From an uncultured Candidatus Saccharibacteria bacterium (lineage in GTDB: Bacteria; Patescibacteriota; Minisyncoccia; Phycocordibacterales; JACOZG01), in the NCBI GenBank assembly GCA_964461325.1, contig CAYWTW010000001.1:1-29568 (forward strand): a DNA stretch of 29,568 nt, written 5' to 3'. The notes below the pieces were generated by a model. The model had not been told where the DNA came from. It made no database searches and was given only the letters and a program-made list of their open reading frames with translations. This document shows, one piece after another, positions 7,897-18,000 of the stretch (its first letter is position 1; each line of letters opens with the position of its first letter). A program made the position numbers and the translations under genes.

Positions 7897-8493
7897 ATGC
7901 CCCACCCCCACACCTTCATCTTTATGGGACGCTCGGGATCGGGCAAGGGCGTCCAGGTCCGGTTGCTTCAAGATTGGTTGACTCGACAGGAACCGGTTTG
8001 CCCGACGATTTACATTGAGACGGGCAATTTGCTCCGCCAGTTTGTGCGCGAAGAAGACAGTTGGACGGCTAAGCGCGCGGCCGAAATAATGGGCCGCGGC
8101 GGCCGTTTAGCCGATTTTCTGCCAGTTTCGATTTGGTCGCGCGAGTTAGCCGCTCGTTTGGACGGCCGCGACGCCCACCTGATTTTCGACGGCGTGGCCC
8201 GCTCCCTGAACGAAGCCAAGACTTTACAGACCGCGCTTGAGTTTTATGAACGAATTAAGCCGACCGTCGTTTATTTGAATATTTCGGCCGCGGTGGCGGC
8301 GGCCCGGTTGGCCGGGCGCGGTCGAGCCGATGACGCCAAACCGGAAAACAATTTAGCTCGCCAGCGTTGGTTTGACGAAGCGGTGGCGCCGGTGCTCGAT
8401 TATTACCGGCAGGAATCCTTTTACCGCTTTCTCGAAATAAACGGCGAACAGTCTGAAACAGCGGTTCACGAATCGATCGTTCGTGCTTTATGA
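7897..8493 (+). CDS. adk: adenylate kinase-family nucleoside monophosphate kinase (short, LID-less type)
   Basis: P-loop GRSGSGKG, IETGNLLR, FDGVARSLNEA, GRADD; canonical position after secY. Confidence 0.8.
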   Translation: MPHPHTFIFMGRSGSGKGVQVRLLQDWLTRQEPVCPTIYIETGNLLRQFVREEDSWTAKRAAEIMGRGGRLADFLPVSIWSRELAARLDGRDAHLIFDGVARSLNEAKTLQTALEFYERIKPTVVYLNISAAVAAARLAGRGRADDAKPENNLARQRWFDEAVAPVLDYYRQESFYRFLEINGEQSETAVHESIVRAL

Positions 8494-9281
8494 GCGAGAG
8501 GCGGCCAAAAATAATTAACCGACCCCAACCCAAAAACCCGACGGACTTAGCGATTCTGGTGGAAGGCGGCCGGCGTTTGAGTGGGGTGATTAAGGCGTTG
8601 GTTGATGCCGCTAAGCCCGGCGTTCGTACCAAAGACCTCGATGGGTTGGCCCGTCGGCTCATCGCCGAACTCGGCGTTGAGCCGGCCTTTTTGAATTATC
8701 AACCGGCCGACGCGCGTCGGCCTTTCCCGGCCGCGCTGTGCGTCTCGGTCAATGACGAGGTGGTTCACGGTATCCCGGGCGATCGCGAGTTGCTGGACGG
8801 CGATTTGGTCAGTCTCGACCTTGGTTTGCGCCACGAGGGTTTGTATACCGATATGGCGGTAACCATTTCGATCGGCGAACCGACGCGACCGGCCCGCCGA
8901 CTACTCAAGGCTACACGCGAGGCGTTGAGCGCGGGTATTCGAGCGGCGCGTCCGGGGGCGACGGCGGGTGATGTGGGGGCGGCCGTCCAGGCGGTAGCGC
9001 GGCGTTACGGTTTTGGTTTGGTGCGCGAGCTTGGCGGTCATGGCGTGGGCTACGCCGTTCATGAGCCGCCGCTGATTCCCAATTATGGCCGGCCGGGCCA
9101 GGGGCCGCGGTTGACTCCCGATTTAGTCATCGCGATTGAGCCAATGCTCGTCTTGGGCGACGAAGCGGTTGATTGGGCCGCGGATGGTTATACCGTGCGC
9201 ACTAAGGACGGGGGATTGGCTGCTCACTTCGAGCACACGGTGTGGGTAAGTCCTGATGGTCCCAAGATTTTGACCGCTTAA
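8490..9281 (+). CDS. map: type I methionine aminopeptidase
   Basis: CVSVNDEVVHGIP, DLVSLDLG, TDMAVT, GHGVGYAVHEPP, IAIEPM, AAHFEHT. Confidence 0.97.
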   Translation: MSERRPKIINRPQPKNPTDLAILVEGGRRLSGVIKALVDAAKPGVRTKDLDGLARRLIAELGVEPAFLNYQPADARRPFPAALCVSVNDEVVHGIPGDRELLDGDLVSLDLGLRHEGLYTDMAVTISIGEPTRPARRLLKATREALSAGIRAARPGATAGDVGAAVQAVARRYGFGLVRELGGHGVGYAVHEPPLIPNYGRPGQGPRLTPDLVIAIEPMLVLGDEAVDWAADGYTVRTKDGGLAAHFEHTVWVSPDGPKILTA

Positions 9282-9290
9282 TTTTTGCGA

Positions 9291-9296
9291 TATAAT
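9291..9296 (+). promoter_or_regulatory. -10 box directly upstream of ndk (leaderless arrangement)
   Basis: TATAAT at 9291-9296, 6 nt before the ATG at 9303. TTGACC at 9270-9275 gives a short 15-bp spacer. Confidence 0.55.
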
Positions 9297-9302
9297 TGTT
9301 TT

Positions 9303-9908
9303 ATGAAACATCCTAAAGCTGAACGGACTTTGGTTTTGATTAAGCCCGATGGTGTGCAGCGGACGCTGATTGGCGAAATTGTTGGTCGTTACGAGCGTCT
9401 TGGTCTCAAATTGGTTGGTTTAAAAATGTTGGTTCCAGATTCGAAGATGGTGGAGGCGCACTACACGCTTGACCCGGAGTGGCGCCGTTTGACCGGCGAG
9501 AAAAGAGTTAAGGCGGCGCGCGAACGAGGGGAAAAACTGCCGACCGAAGATCCGTTTGAGATTACCGCCGTGATTTTGGAAAAATTGAAAAAATATTTAG
9601 CAAGCGGACCGGTCGTGGCCATGGTCTGGCAAGGAGCCAACGCCGTGTCGATTGTTCGTAAGATTACCGGGGGGACAGAGCCGTTATCTTCCGACGTGGG
9701 AACAATCCGCGGCGATTTCGTTCTCGATTCTTACGCTTTGGCGGACAATGACGCTCGAGCTGTTCGTAATTTAATCCACGCCTCGAGTTCGACCAAAGAG
9801 GCCGAAGCCGAGATTAAGCACTGGTTTCGTCCGGACGAAATTATCAGCTACCGCCTTGTCCAAGAGCAAATTCTCTATGATGTTAATCTTGATGGGATAT
9901 TAGAATAA
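9303..9908 (+). CDS. ndk: nucleoside diphosphate kinase (long form)
   Basis: ERTLVLIKPDGVQR, SGPVVAMVWQG, GTIRGDF, RNLIHAS with catalytic His; ATG at 9303. Confidence 0.95.
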   Translation: MKHPKAERTLVLIKPDGVQRTLIGEIVGRYERLGLKLVGLKMLVPDSKMVEAHYTLDPEWRRLTGEKRVKAARERGEKLPTEDPFEITAVILEKLKKYLASGPVVAMVWQGANAVSIVRKITGGTEPLSSDVGTIRGDFVLDSYALADNDARAVRNLIHASSSTKEAEAEIKHWFRPDEIISYRLVQEQILYDVNLDGILE

Positions 9909-9931
9909 AAGCTAACCCCCGCCGTTGTTTT

Positions 9932-11116
9932 CTATTCCGTATCCCTGATTCTCAAAGCATAGAGCATTGTCGCAAGCATTAGCAGACCAAGGGGAACGAA
10001 AACGTAGCGCAGGTCAAACCAAAAGAGAAAGGCGCTGACCAGCGTGGGAGCGAGAAGATAGGCGAGAGGCTGGGTATCGCGCGAGAGGGCGAGTGCGGCC
10101 GAATCACCCGGCCCAATTTGTTTGAAAAAATAAGTTTCTTTCATAATCTCCACGCTGGCCGCCCCGACTCGCGTTAGGAAGAGCAGAGTGCCGATGAGCC
10201 AGAGATTGGTCGTGGCGTTAAGCCAGGTTAAACCGAGAGTGAAGGCGCCGGTGATGGCGAGACCGGCGAGCAGGATTTCTTTTTCTCCTGTTTGCCGATC
10301 GGCGACGATCCCGAGGGGCCACTCGAGCAAGAGAAAGGCCAGGAGCATTATCGAAAACAGAAGGCCGATGGTCGACCAAGGTAGGCCGAGGGCGCGGAGA
10401 TAGAGCGGCGAGTAGATAACCATGACGGCATAAAATAAATTTAGAACCAGGTCGATGACTAAAATCCGCCGCAAGTTGAGAGCCGAGCCGGCGCGCGCCC
10501 GCCAGAGGCGGGCGAGAGTTTGCAGAGGTTGATACCGTTGTCGGCGCGTGGCGAGGTCGCCCTCAAGGCGAGCGAAAGTGATCCAGCCGAGAGGAAGGAG
10601 GGCGCCGAGCGCCGCCCAGTAGACGACGCGGAAACCGTATTGGCCAGCAAGGGATCCGGCCAGCCACGGCGCGATGACCCAAGCAAGGTTGGCGACGGTC
10701 AGGAAGAGTCCACGGACGGCCCCGGTGTGTGAGTTTGTCGTGACGGTTTCCAAATAGAGGTCTAAGTTGAATCGCAGGAGCAAAACTGTAATTTGAAGCC
10801 AAATGAAAGCGCCAATGAGGAAGGCCGACCATTGAAACCAGACTAGTCCAAGTAGACCGAGCGCGTTGAGACCGATGACGATGAGACTGAAACGCCTCAA
10901 TCCCAATCGCTGAATTAGAATTGGCGCCCACCACAGAGCGACGAAGCTTAAAGCCGAGGCCAGGGCGTAAAACCAGCCAATTGATTGTTCGGACACGAAT
11001 TGGCCGAGAAAGCTCGAACCAATATAGATTGGCAGGGCGACGTGGAGGGCGAGAAAAAATGAGGCTAAATAGGCGTAATGACGTCTGATAATTTTGGGGG
11101 CTAACGCCGCGCTCAT
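9932..11116 (-). CDS. MFS transporter
   Basis: 394 aa, about 12 hydrophobic helices, motif A-like LGIVADRQTGEK and QRLGLRR. Confidence 0.85.
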   Translation of the reverse strand: MSAALAPKIIRRHYAYLASFFLALHVALPIYIGSSFLGQFVSEQSIGWFYALASALSFVALWWAPILIQRLGLRRFSLIVIGLNALGLLGLVWFQWSAFLIGAFIWLQITVLLLRFNLDLYLETVTTNSHTGAVRGLFLTVANLAWVIAPWLAGSLAGQYGFRVVYWAALGALLPLGWITFARLEGDLATRRQRYQPLQTLARLWRARAGSALNLRRILVIDLVLNLFYAVMVIYSPLYLRALGLPWSTIGLLFSIMLLAFLLLEWPLGIVADRQTGEKEILLAGLAITGAFTLGLTWLNATTNLWLIGTLLFLTRVGAASVEIMKETYFFKQIGPGDSAALALSRDTQPLAYLLAPTLVSAFLFWFDLRYVFVPLGLLMLATMLYALRIRDTE

Positions 11117-11125
11117 AATTTAGAA

Positions 11126-12973
11126 TTAAACCTCGATTAACACAGGCAGAACGATCGGGCGGCTTTTGGTTTTCTGGAACAAGAAGCGGCCAATGTCTTC
11201 GCGGACGATGTTTTTTACATAATCGAAGTTGATGGGGTGCATTTTGCTCGTTGCCTCCTCGATTTTTTTCTTGGTCAGCTGGCGGACGGAGCGGAGCAAG
11301 TCTTGCGACTCTTTCAGGTAGACGAAGCCGCGGGAGATGATGTCGGGCGATTTAATGACTTGGCCGGTCTGGATATTGACGAGGGCGATAATCACGAAGA
11401 TGCCTTCTTGAGCAAGCATAACGCGGTCGCGAACCACCACTTCCTTGACGTTGTTTTGGCCTAAGCCGCCAACCATCACGAGATCTTTGGGCGCTGTTTC
11501 TGGTCGACTCGCGATTCGTTCGCCGTCGGCGCTAATCTCCACGACCATGCCGTTGTCGGGGACGATGATGTTTTGCTCGGGCATGCCGAGCTCCATCGCC
11601 AGATCGGCGTGGACCCGCAGTTTTTGATGCCAGCCGTGAATGGGGATGAAGAATTTCGGTTTGATTTTGCGATGTAGCCATTCGATTTCGCCACGATTGC
11701 CGTGTCCGGAAGAATGGATGTAAACCTCGGAAGTGCGGTAACTGATAATTTTGGCCCCCTGGCGCGCGATGTTGTCTTTAAGTTTTTGGACCATGATCTC
11801 GTTGCCTGGAATGATCGATGAAGAGAGCAGAACCGTGTCGCCTTTTTTGAAGCGCAAATATTTGTGAGTTTTGGTGGCGATGCGCATTAACGCCGCGAAT
11901 TCTTCTCCTTGGGCGCCGGTGGCCAGAATGACCATTTTGTTCTCCGGGTAATTGGCCGCTTCTTGGACCGAGATGATGGTACCCTTTTTAACTTTGAGTA
12001 AGCCGGCCTTTTCCGCGACCTCCACGTTGGTTTTCATGCTTCGGCCTTCGACGACGATTTTGCGACCAAACTCTTCAACGAAGCCGATGATTTTAATCAT
12101 CCGCTCCAGTTGGGAGGCAAAAGTGCCGATAAATAAGCGGCCCTGGATGTTTTTTATAATCTCGCGGATGTTTTTGTGGGTTTCTCGCTCGGGAATGGAA
12201 AATCCGGGATTTTCGATATTAGTGGAATCGGTCATGAGCAGGAGAGTGGGCTCGCGGTCGAAGATGCCGTAGCGCTTTTCTTCTTCGGCTGTCGGCTTGC
12301 CATTGACTCCGTCGAGGTCAAGCTTGAAGTCGCCCGGATTGACAATCATTCCATATTTGGTGTCGATGATGACGCCGAAAGAGTCAGGAATGGTGTGCGT
12401 CACGCCAAAAAACCTGACGGAAATTTCTCCGAGCTTTAACTTGCTGTCATTTTCAACGATTACCAAATTAAGAGGCGATAGATGCGGAAATTCATCCATT
12501 CGTTTTTTTATGAAAAGCGAAGTGAGGTTGCGAGTATAGAGCGGGGGATTGCCGATTTTCGGCATGATGTAGGGAATGGCGCCGGTGTGGTCGAGGTGGC
12601 CGTGAGTGATAATCACGCCGCGAATCCGATCCTTGTTTTGTTCGAGGTAGGTGGCGTCCGGAATGATGTAATCGATGCCTGGCGTGTTTTCCGTCGGGAA
12701 AGCCAGACCCATGTCGATCACGATGATGTCATTATCAATTTCGATCGCCGTCATGTTTTTGCCGATCTCCTCCACACCGCCGAGGGGAATGATTCGAATC
12801 ACCCCCGGCTCGATTTTCGGCACGCGTTTAATGTTTTTGGGCCCAGTTCCGGCGCCCAGATGGCTGGGCCGGCGCGGTGGCGGGCGGCGGCGTGAGCGTG
12901 ACGGACCGCGGCCCCGCGGTGAGCGCGGACGATTGTCGCCCGGCTGGCTGTCGTTATTGGTAGTAGGTTTCAT
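11126..12973 (-). CDS. rnj: ribonuclease J
   Basis: IIPLGGVEEIGKNM, ITHGHLDHTG metallo-beta-lactamase motif, GDFK, DSTN, IHSSGHG, PIHG, RPIVLPVLIEV. Confidence 0.96.
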   Translation of the reverse strand: MKPTTNNDSQPGDNRPRSPRGRGPSRSRRRPPPRRPSHLGAGTGPKNIKRVPKIEPGVIRIIPLGGVEEIGKNMTAIEIDNDIIVIDMGLAFPTENTPGIDYIIPDATYLEQNKDRIRGVIITHGHLDHTGAIPYIMPKIGNPPLYTRNLTSLFIKKRMDEFPHLSPLNLVIVENDSKLKLGEISVRFFGVTHTIPDSFGVIIDTKYGMIVNPGDFKLDLDGVNGKPTAEEEKRYGIFDREPTLLLMTDSTNIENPGFSIPERETHKNIREIIKNIQGRLFIGTFASQLERMIKIIGFVEEFGRKIVVEGRSMKTNVEVAEKAGLLKVKKGTIISVQEAANYPENKMVILATGAQGEEFAALMRIATKTHKYLRFKKGDTVLLSSSIIPGNEIMVQKLKDNIARQGAKIISYRTSEVYIHSSGHGNRGEIEWLHRKIKPKFFIPIHGWHQKLRVHADLAMELGMPEQNIIVPDNGMVVEISADGERIASRPETAPKDLVMVGGLGQNNVKEVVVRDRVMLAQEGIFVIIALVNIQTGQVIKSPDIISRGFVYLKESQDLLRSVRQLTKKKIEEATSKMHPINFDYVKNIVREDIGRFLFQKTKSRPIVLPVLIEV

Positions 12974-14645
12974 CTCTAAAATTTGGCCAAACTCTTTCCG
13001 TGTCTATATACCAACGATAAACATCGCGGAAGCGGTCTGACGGTGAATTAATAATTTGTAAATTAAGGTTTTTAACTTGCGGCGGCGCGGCGTAGATGAA
13101 TTCCGGAGCGTAGAGGAAGACCGCTGGCTGCTCCTCAACAATCAATCCAGCCGCTTCGTCATACAGGGCGCGTCGTTCGCCCTCTCCGGTAGTTTGACGA
13201 GCTTTGGCTAGGAGCTCGTCCGTTTTCAGGTTGGCGTAGAGGGCCAGGTTTGATCCTGGGTCGAGACGTTGTGATGAATGCCAGAAGGGGAAGAGATCTG
13301 ATTCTGGCCCTAACGCCAAACCAAACAAGAGGGCGTCGTATTTGCGCGGTCTGATGATGTTTAAGTCGAGATCGCCCCGATCAAACACCAACACGTCGAC
13401 TGCCGTTCCCAAATCTGTCCACGTCTGTTTCAGCCAAGCGGCTGTTGCTTGCAATTCCGGCGTGTTGCCAGTGCTTAGAGTAAAGCGCAGTTCGATTTTT
13501 TTGTCTGCTTCGCCGCGGGTTAGGATACCGGTTGATTCCTCGGTTGTCCAGCCGCTAGTGCTTAGCTCGTCCCGGATTTGGCTGACGAGGACAGAGCTTT
13601 CGGTGCTCGTCGCGCTCAGGCCTGGCCCAAAAGCCGTGTCGGTGGGCCGCGGGCCAGATACTGGTTGGCCAAAGCCGTGTAAAACCTGGCTGATCAAGCT
13701 TGATCGATCAAGGCTTTGGCTTAAGGCCCGCCGGATCTCTTCGCGAATGAAGAGCGGCGCCTGATTTTGATTAAAAAAGACGCCAAAAATTCTGGAGAGC
13801 GTGGCGGTGACGAGTAATCGGCCTTCGGCCCGCCAACGTTTGGCTGGCGCTGGATCAGGGCTCGCCAAGCTGTCGATCTCGCCCTGTTCGTAGGCCGTCA
13901 TTAATTCCGTCTCACTTTGGAAAAAGCGCAGATTGATTTTTTTAATTTTTGGTTTGCCGAGAGCAAATCCAGAAAACGCTTCTAGCTCGTAGCGTTCAAC
14001 TGTGGCCGGGCTATCGGTTGACCAGCGGGTTTTTTTTAGACGAAACGGGCCACTGCCGATGGCGAGAATGTTACGTTCGCTGAAAGCCATCGTCTCGGCC
14101 GGTTCTGCCGACCAAAGATGGTTTGGTATCAGACCGATGGTGGTTTGATAGGGGAAAAGCGGATTAGCCTGGCGCAATTGAAAACTGACCGCGTTTTCTC
14201 CGACAGTCTCCGCGACCACCCCCTCCCAAGCGCTGAAACGCGGGCTCTTTAAAATTGGGTTTTGAATCAATTTAATTGTCTCGATCACGTCTTGAGCGGT
14301 TAGAGGATGGTTGTCGTGCCAAGTTAATTCTGGTTTGAGGGTAAAGGTGTAGGTTAGTCCGTCCTCCGAGACTTGATAGCTCTCGGCCAAATCGGGGATC
14401 AATTCTCCCGCCGAATTAAGTCTCAATAGTCCGGAAAACAGCAGGGCGACTAAGTCATTGTCTGGTTCGGAACTGGCGAATAAGGGGTTAACAAAACGCG
14501 GCACTCCCACCAGTCCCTCGGTGAAGCTGCCGCCGCTAGTCGGGGTTTCCACTAGATAAAGACGGTTGAGCGCCCACAACAATCCCGCTCCACCAATAAT
14601 CAAAGCAATCAAACTGCCGGCAAACCACCAATAGATTCCTCTCAT
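12954..14645 (-). CDS. ABC-type peptide/nickel substrate-binding protein (SBP family 5), membrane-anchored
   Basis: N-terminal TM helix; LLFSGLLR...PDLAESYQVSEDGLTYTFTLK, WHDNHPLTAQDV, IGSGPF, IRRALSQSLDR. Confidence 0.9.
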   Translation of the reverse strand: MRGIYWWFAGSLIALIIGGAGLLWALNRLYLVETPTSGGSFTEGLVGVPRFVNPLFASSEPDNDLVALLFSGLLRLNSAGELIPDLAESYQVSEDGLTYTFTLKPELTWHDNHPLTAQDVIETIKLIQNPILKSPRFSAWEGVVAETVGENAVSFQLRQANPLFPYQTTIGLIPNHLWSAEPAETMAFSERNILAIGSGPFRLKKTRWSTDSPATVERYELEAFSGFALGKPKIKKINLRFFQSETELMTAYEQGEIDSLASPDPAPAKRWRAEGRLLVTATLSRIFGVFFNQNQAPLFIREEIRRALSQSLDRSSLISQVLHGFGQPVSGPRPTDTAFGPGLSATSTESSVLVSQIRDELSTSGWTTEESTGILTRGEADKKIELRFTLSTGNTPELQATAAWLKQTWTDLGTAVDVLVFDRGDLDLNIIRPRKYDALLFGLALGPESDLFPFWHSSQRLDPGSNLALYANLKTDELLAKARQTTGEGERRALYDEAAGLIVEEQPAVFLYAPEFIYAAPPQVKNLNLQIINSPSDRFRDVYRWYIDTERVWPNFRDETYYQ

Positions 14646-14686
14646 TTAATTTAGATTTAGATAATGTCCGGCTTCTGACTGTTGAT

Positions 14687-14917
14687 CTACAAAAACAAAG
14701 ATACGGCGGCGCTTAGAAAGAAAATGATCCCGAGGATGATCGTTGTTACAAAGAGAGTTTTTTCTAGGCCACGGCGTTGATAAGTAACACCTCCCGATCC
14801 AGACCCGCCGAAAGCGCGCCCCAAAGAGGCGTCGCTTTGCTGGATCAGAATCGCCGCTACCAAAACTATCGACACCACGATTTGCACCCAAGGTAGGACG
14901 GAAGTCAAAATCGACAT
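14687..14917 (-). CDS. secG: preprotein translocase subunit SecG
   Basis: QIVVSIVLVAAILIQQ...LGRAFGG...RRGLEKTLFVTTIILGIIF; ATG at 14917. Confidence 0.9.
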   Translation of the reverse strand: MSILTSVLPWVQIVVSIVLVAAILIQQSDASLGRAFGGSGSGGVTYQRRGLEKTLFVTTIILGIIFFLSAAVSLFL

Positions 14918-14925
14918 TTGAGTTG

Positions 14926-14934
14926 ATTGTAACA
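14926..14934 (-). promoter_or_regulatory. extended -10 element for secG
   Basis: Minus strand TGtTACAAT, 8 nt before the ATG at 14917. Confidence 0.5.
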
Positions 14935-14983
14935 AAATTGACTTAACCACGCAAGCGCAAACTCTCTCGCGCTCTTTTTGCCC

Positions 14984-14992
14984 TTATCCACA
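14984..14992 (+). promoter_or_regulatory. single perfect DnaA box (TTATCCACA)
   Basis: Exact consensus in the divergent secG / surface-protein intergenic region. Confidence 0.4.
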
Positions 14993-15014
14993 AGAGCGAA
15001 ATCGTATTTGCGGG

Positions 15015-15020
15015 TATAAT
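15015..15020 (+). promoter_or_regulatory. -10 box upstream of the giant surface protein gene
   Basis: TATAAT 9 nt before the ATG at 15030. Confidence 0.5.
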
Positions 15021-15029
15021 TGAAAGTAA

Positions 15030-18000
15030 ATGGAAACAAAATCTGGTGCCCTTTCCGTGGCCGGGGCGTTTTTAGCCGTAATTTTATTCGTCGTGGCGAT
15101 TTGGGCGGGGACCTTCATTCCCTTGGAGGATCTAGTCAGTTTGCAAACCGGTCGTCAGTTGGCTCAGGTCGGCAATCAAGATCAAACAGTGGTTTTAACG
15201 CCCGAAGCAGACGCGGCCGTACGGAGCGGTAGTCATCAGTCCGCCAATTTTGGCACGGGAGCCGAATTGGGGATTATCCAGAGTGGCGGCGATTGGAACA
15301 TCCAGCCATATTTGCGTTTTAATCTTTCTGGTATCAGCGGCAACCTTGTTTCGGCCCGTCTCCGTTTTTATGTTTCCGATGGCGACGACGATGCTTCGCC
15401 AAAACCAGTTAGTTTGTCAGTCGTTAACGACGACAGCTGGGGGGAAACGACGCTCACTTGGCAGAATAAACCGGCGACGGGTAACACTATTGCGTCCATT
15501 ACTTTCGACGCGGCGGATGACGTTTACACCTCGTGGTTCGACGTCACGAGTTATCTTCAAAGCGAGCTTGCCGACGGTCGCGCGTCTTTTAGTCTTACTC
15601 ACAGCAATGGGGGCAATTACGTTGGTTTGGCCTCGCGCGATGCCGGCCATCCGGCCGAATTGGAGGTTGTTTACAACTCCGGCACCCAGACTCCGGCAAC
15701 CTATGTTTTGAATACTTCCGCTTCGCCTTCGTCTGGCGGTACCGTCAGCTTGAGTCCCAACCAATCGAATTATCAAGATGGAACCACCGTCGCTCTTACC
15801 GCCGTTCCCTCTACAGGTTACCAATTCGACAATTGGTCGGGCGATCTTTCCGGCGTCACCAATCCGGCCACCCTGACCATGAGCGCCAACCGCTCGGTAA
15901 TAGCCAACTTCAGCCAGATTCCCGGTCAAACCGGCGGCGGGACCCTTGGTAGTAATAGCGGTTACGATCTGGCTTGGTCTACTTATTTGGGCGGCTCCAG
16001 CGAAGAAACCGCGCGGGATGTGGTGACCGATGCCGCCGGCAATGTTTATATTACCGGCGGGACCGGGTCAGCTAATTTTTCACCACTGCTGAACGCGGCG
16101 CAGACGACTTTTGGTGGCAACCACGATGTTTTTGTAGCCAAATTTAATGCCAGTGGCTTGCCGCAGTGGTCGACCTATTTGGGTGGTCCAAATTATGACC
16201 GAGCTTACGCGATCGAGCTGGATGGAGCCGGCAACGTTTACGTGGCTGGCCGAGCGGGGCGCAATTTTCCGGTGACAGTCGGCGCTCTTCAGGGCAATTT
16301 TGCTGGCGATTCTAATCCCAACAGTAATTATGGCGATCAAGATGGTTTTGTCGCCAAGTTTAATAATGCCGGACAGCGTGTGTGGGTTACTTACTTAGGT
16401 GGACCGGATCGTAGTTTTATCCGCGACATCGACGTTGATTCTTCCGGGAATGTTTACGCGGTGTTGACTGATGTTTCGCAGGCTAATCCCTACGCCGCGT
16501 CAGGCGCTTATCAATCAAATGTTTCGGGTGGAGCCAATGGTTTTGTCGCCAAATTAAACTCAAGCGGCAATCAAGTATTGTGGGGGACTTACGTCGGCGG
16601 CGCGTCCAGCGGAGTTGGTTTTGGCACGCCGTCCATCAGAGTAACCGGTTCGGGCGAGGTGGTGGCGATGGGGACCAGTAATTACGCCGGAGACCCGGTT
16701 AGTCCGGGCTTGCGGGCTCACGCTGGCGGTTTGGATATGTATGTCATCAAACTAAGCGCCGACGGACGAACGCGGCGCTGGTCGACCTATCTTGGCGGCA
16801 ACGGAGATGAGTTTTCCGAGACGCACGCTTTGGCGCTTGATAACGCCGACAATGTTTACGCCGCTTTTACCACGCGGTCGAGCAATATGCCGGTGACGGG
16901 TGGCGTTTTTCAACCAGCTTTGGGCGGTATTGCCAGCACTGGTAATTACAATGGCGATGGTTTCGTGGCTAAGTTGAACGGCTCGAGCGGCGCGTTGGCG
17001 CAAGCGACTTATCTCGGGGGTTCGAGTGGTGAAGGTTTGGAGGGGGTGGGGGTTGATAGTTCCGGCGAGGTCTACGTGAGCGGCGGGACTTTCTCTGCCA
17101 ATTTTCCGGTGACCAACGACGCTTATCAGAGTAGCCGTCGCGGTGAGTCTGATTGGTTCGTTGGCAAATTATCTAGTGATTTTTCAACTTTACTTTATTC
17201 CACCTATCTTGGGGGCACGTCTAATTGTGCTGGTAGCGGCAAGGTAGTCTGTGATTACGCTCGCGGTTCTTACGTAACCAATAGCGGCGATTTTTATGTC
17301 GTCGGTCATACCAATTCGAGCAACTTTCCCACGGTCGGTGCTTATCTGGCCGCCAACCCAAGCGGCAGTAACGTTAACACGGCCGCGGTGCTTAAGGTGT
17401 CTACCGGCGGTGTGGTTACTCCGCCGACCAGTTATACGATTAACGCTTCGGTCTCCGGCGGGAACGGTTCGATTAGCCCGAGCGGATCGGTTAATGTGTC
17501 GGCGGGAGGCTCGCGGACGTTTACTTTTTCTCCCGCTGGTGGTTACGTAGTCACTTCGGTTTTAATTGATGGGGCCGCCGTCAATCCAACCCCGTCTGCC
17601 AGTTACACTTTCTCTAACGTAACCAGCAATCGATCGATTGTGGTAACCTTCGCCTCGGCTTCTCCTCAGACCGTTTCTCTTACTGCCTCTGCTTCGCCCG
17701 CCAACGGCGGGGTCGTCAGTCGTAGTCCTAATCTGGCGAGCTACTCGCTCGGCACGGTGGTGACTCTGACCGCTACTCCCGCCGCCGGTTACCAATTTGC
17801 CGGTTGGTCTGGCGCCCTATCCGGTTCGATTAATCCGGCGACCGTTCTTCTGGATCAAGATCGGAGCGTGACGGCCAATTTTAGTTTAGTGACGACGGGC
17901 GACCCCCTGGTTCTACGTTTGGAATATAACGATGTTTCGAGCGACGGCCAAACAACCGATGCTTCGGTTTACGGTAATCATGGAGTTTGTGCTGGCGCCG

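Noticed and set aside
14984-14992. oriC
   Set aside because: Only one DnaA box, no AT-rich unwinding element, and no dnaA/dnaN nearby.
15960-17400. Repeats in the giant gene as a CRISPR array or DGR variable region
   Set aside because: They are degenerate protein-level repeats (STYLGG, Ig-like) with no identical nucleotide repeats, and no match to the TR-like segment was noticed.
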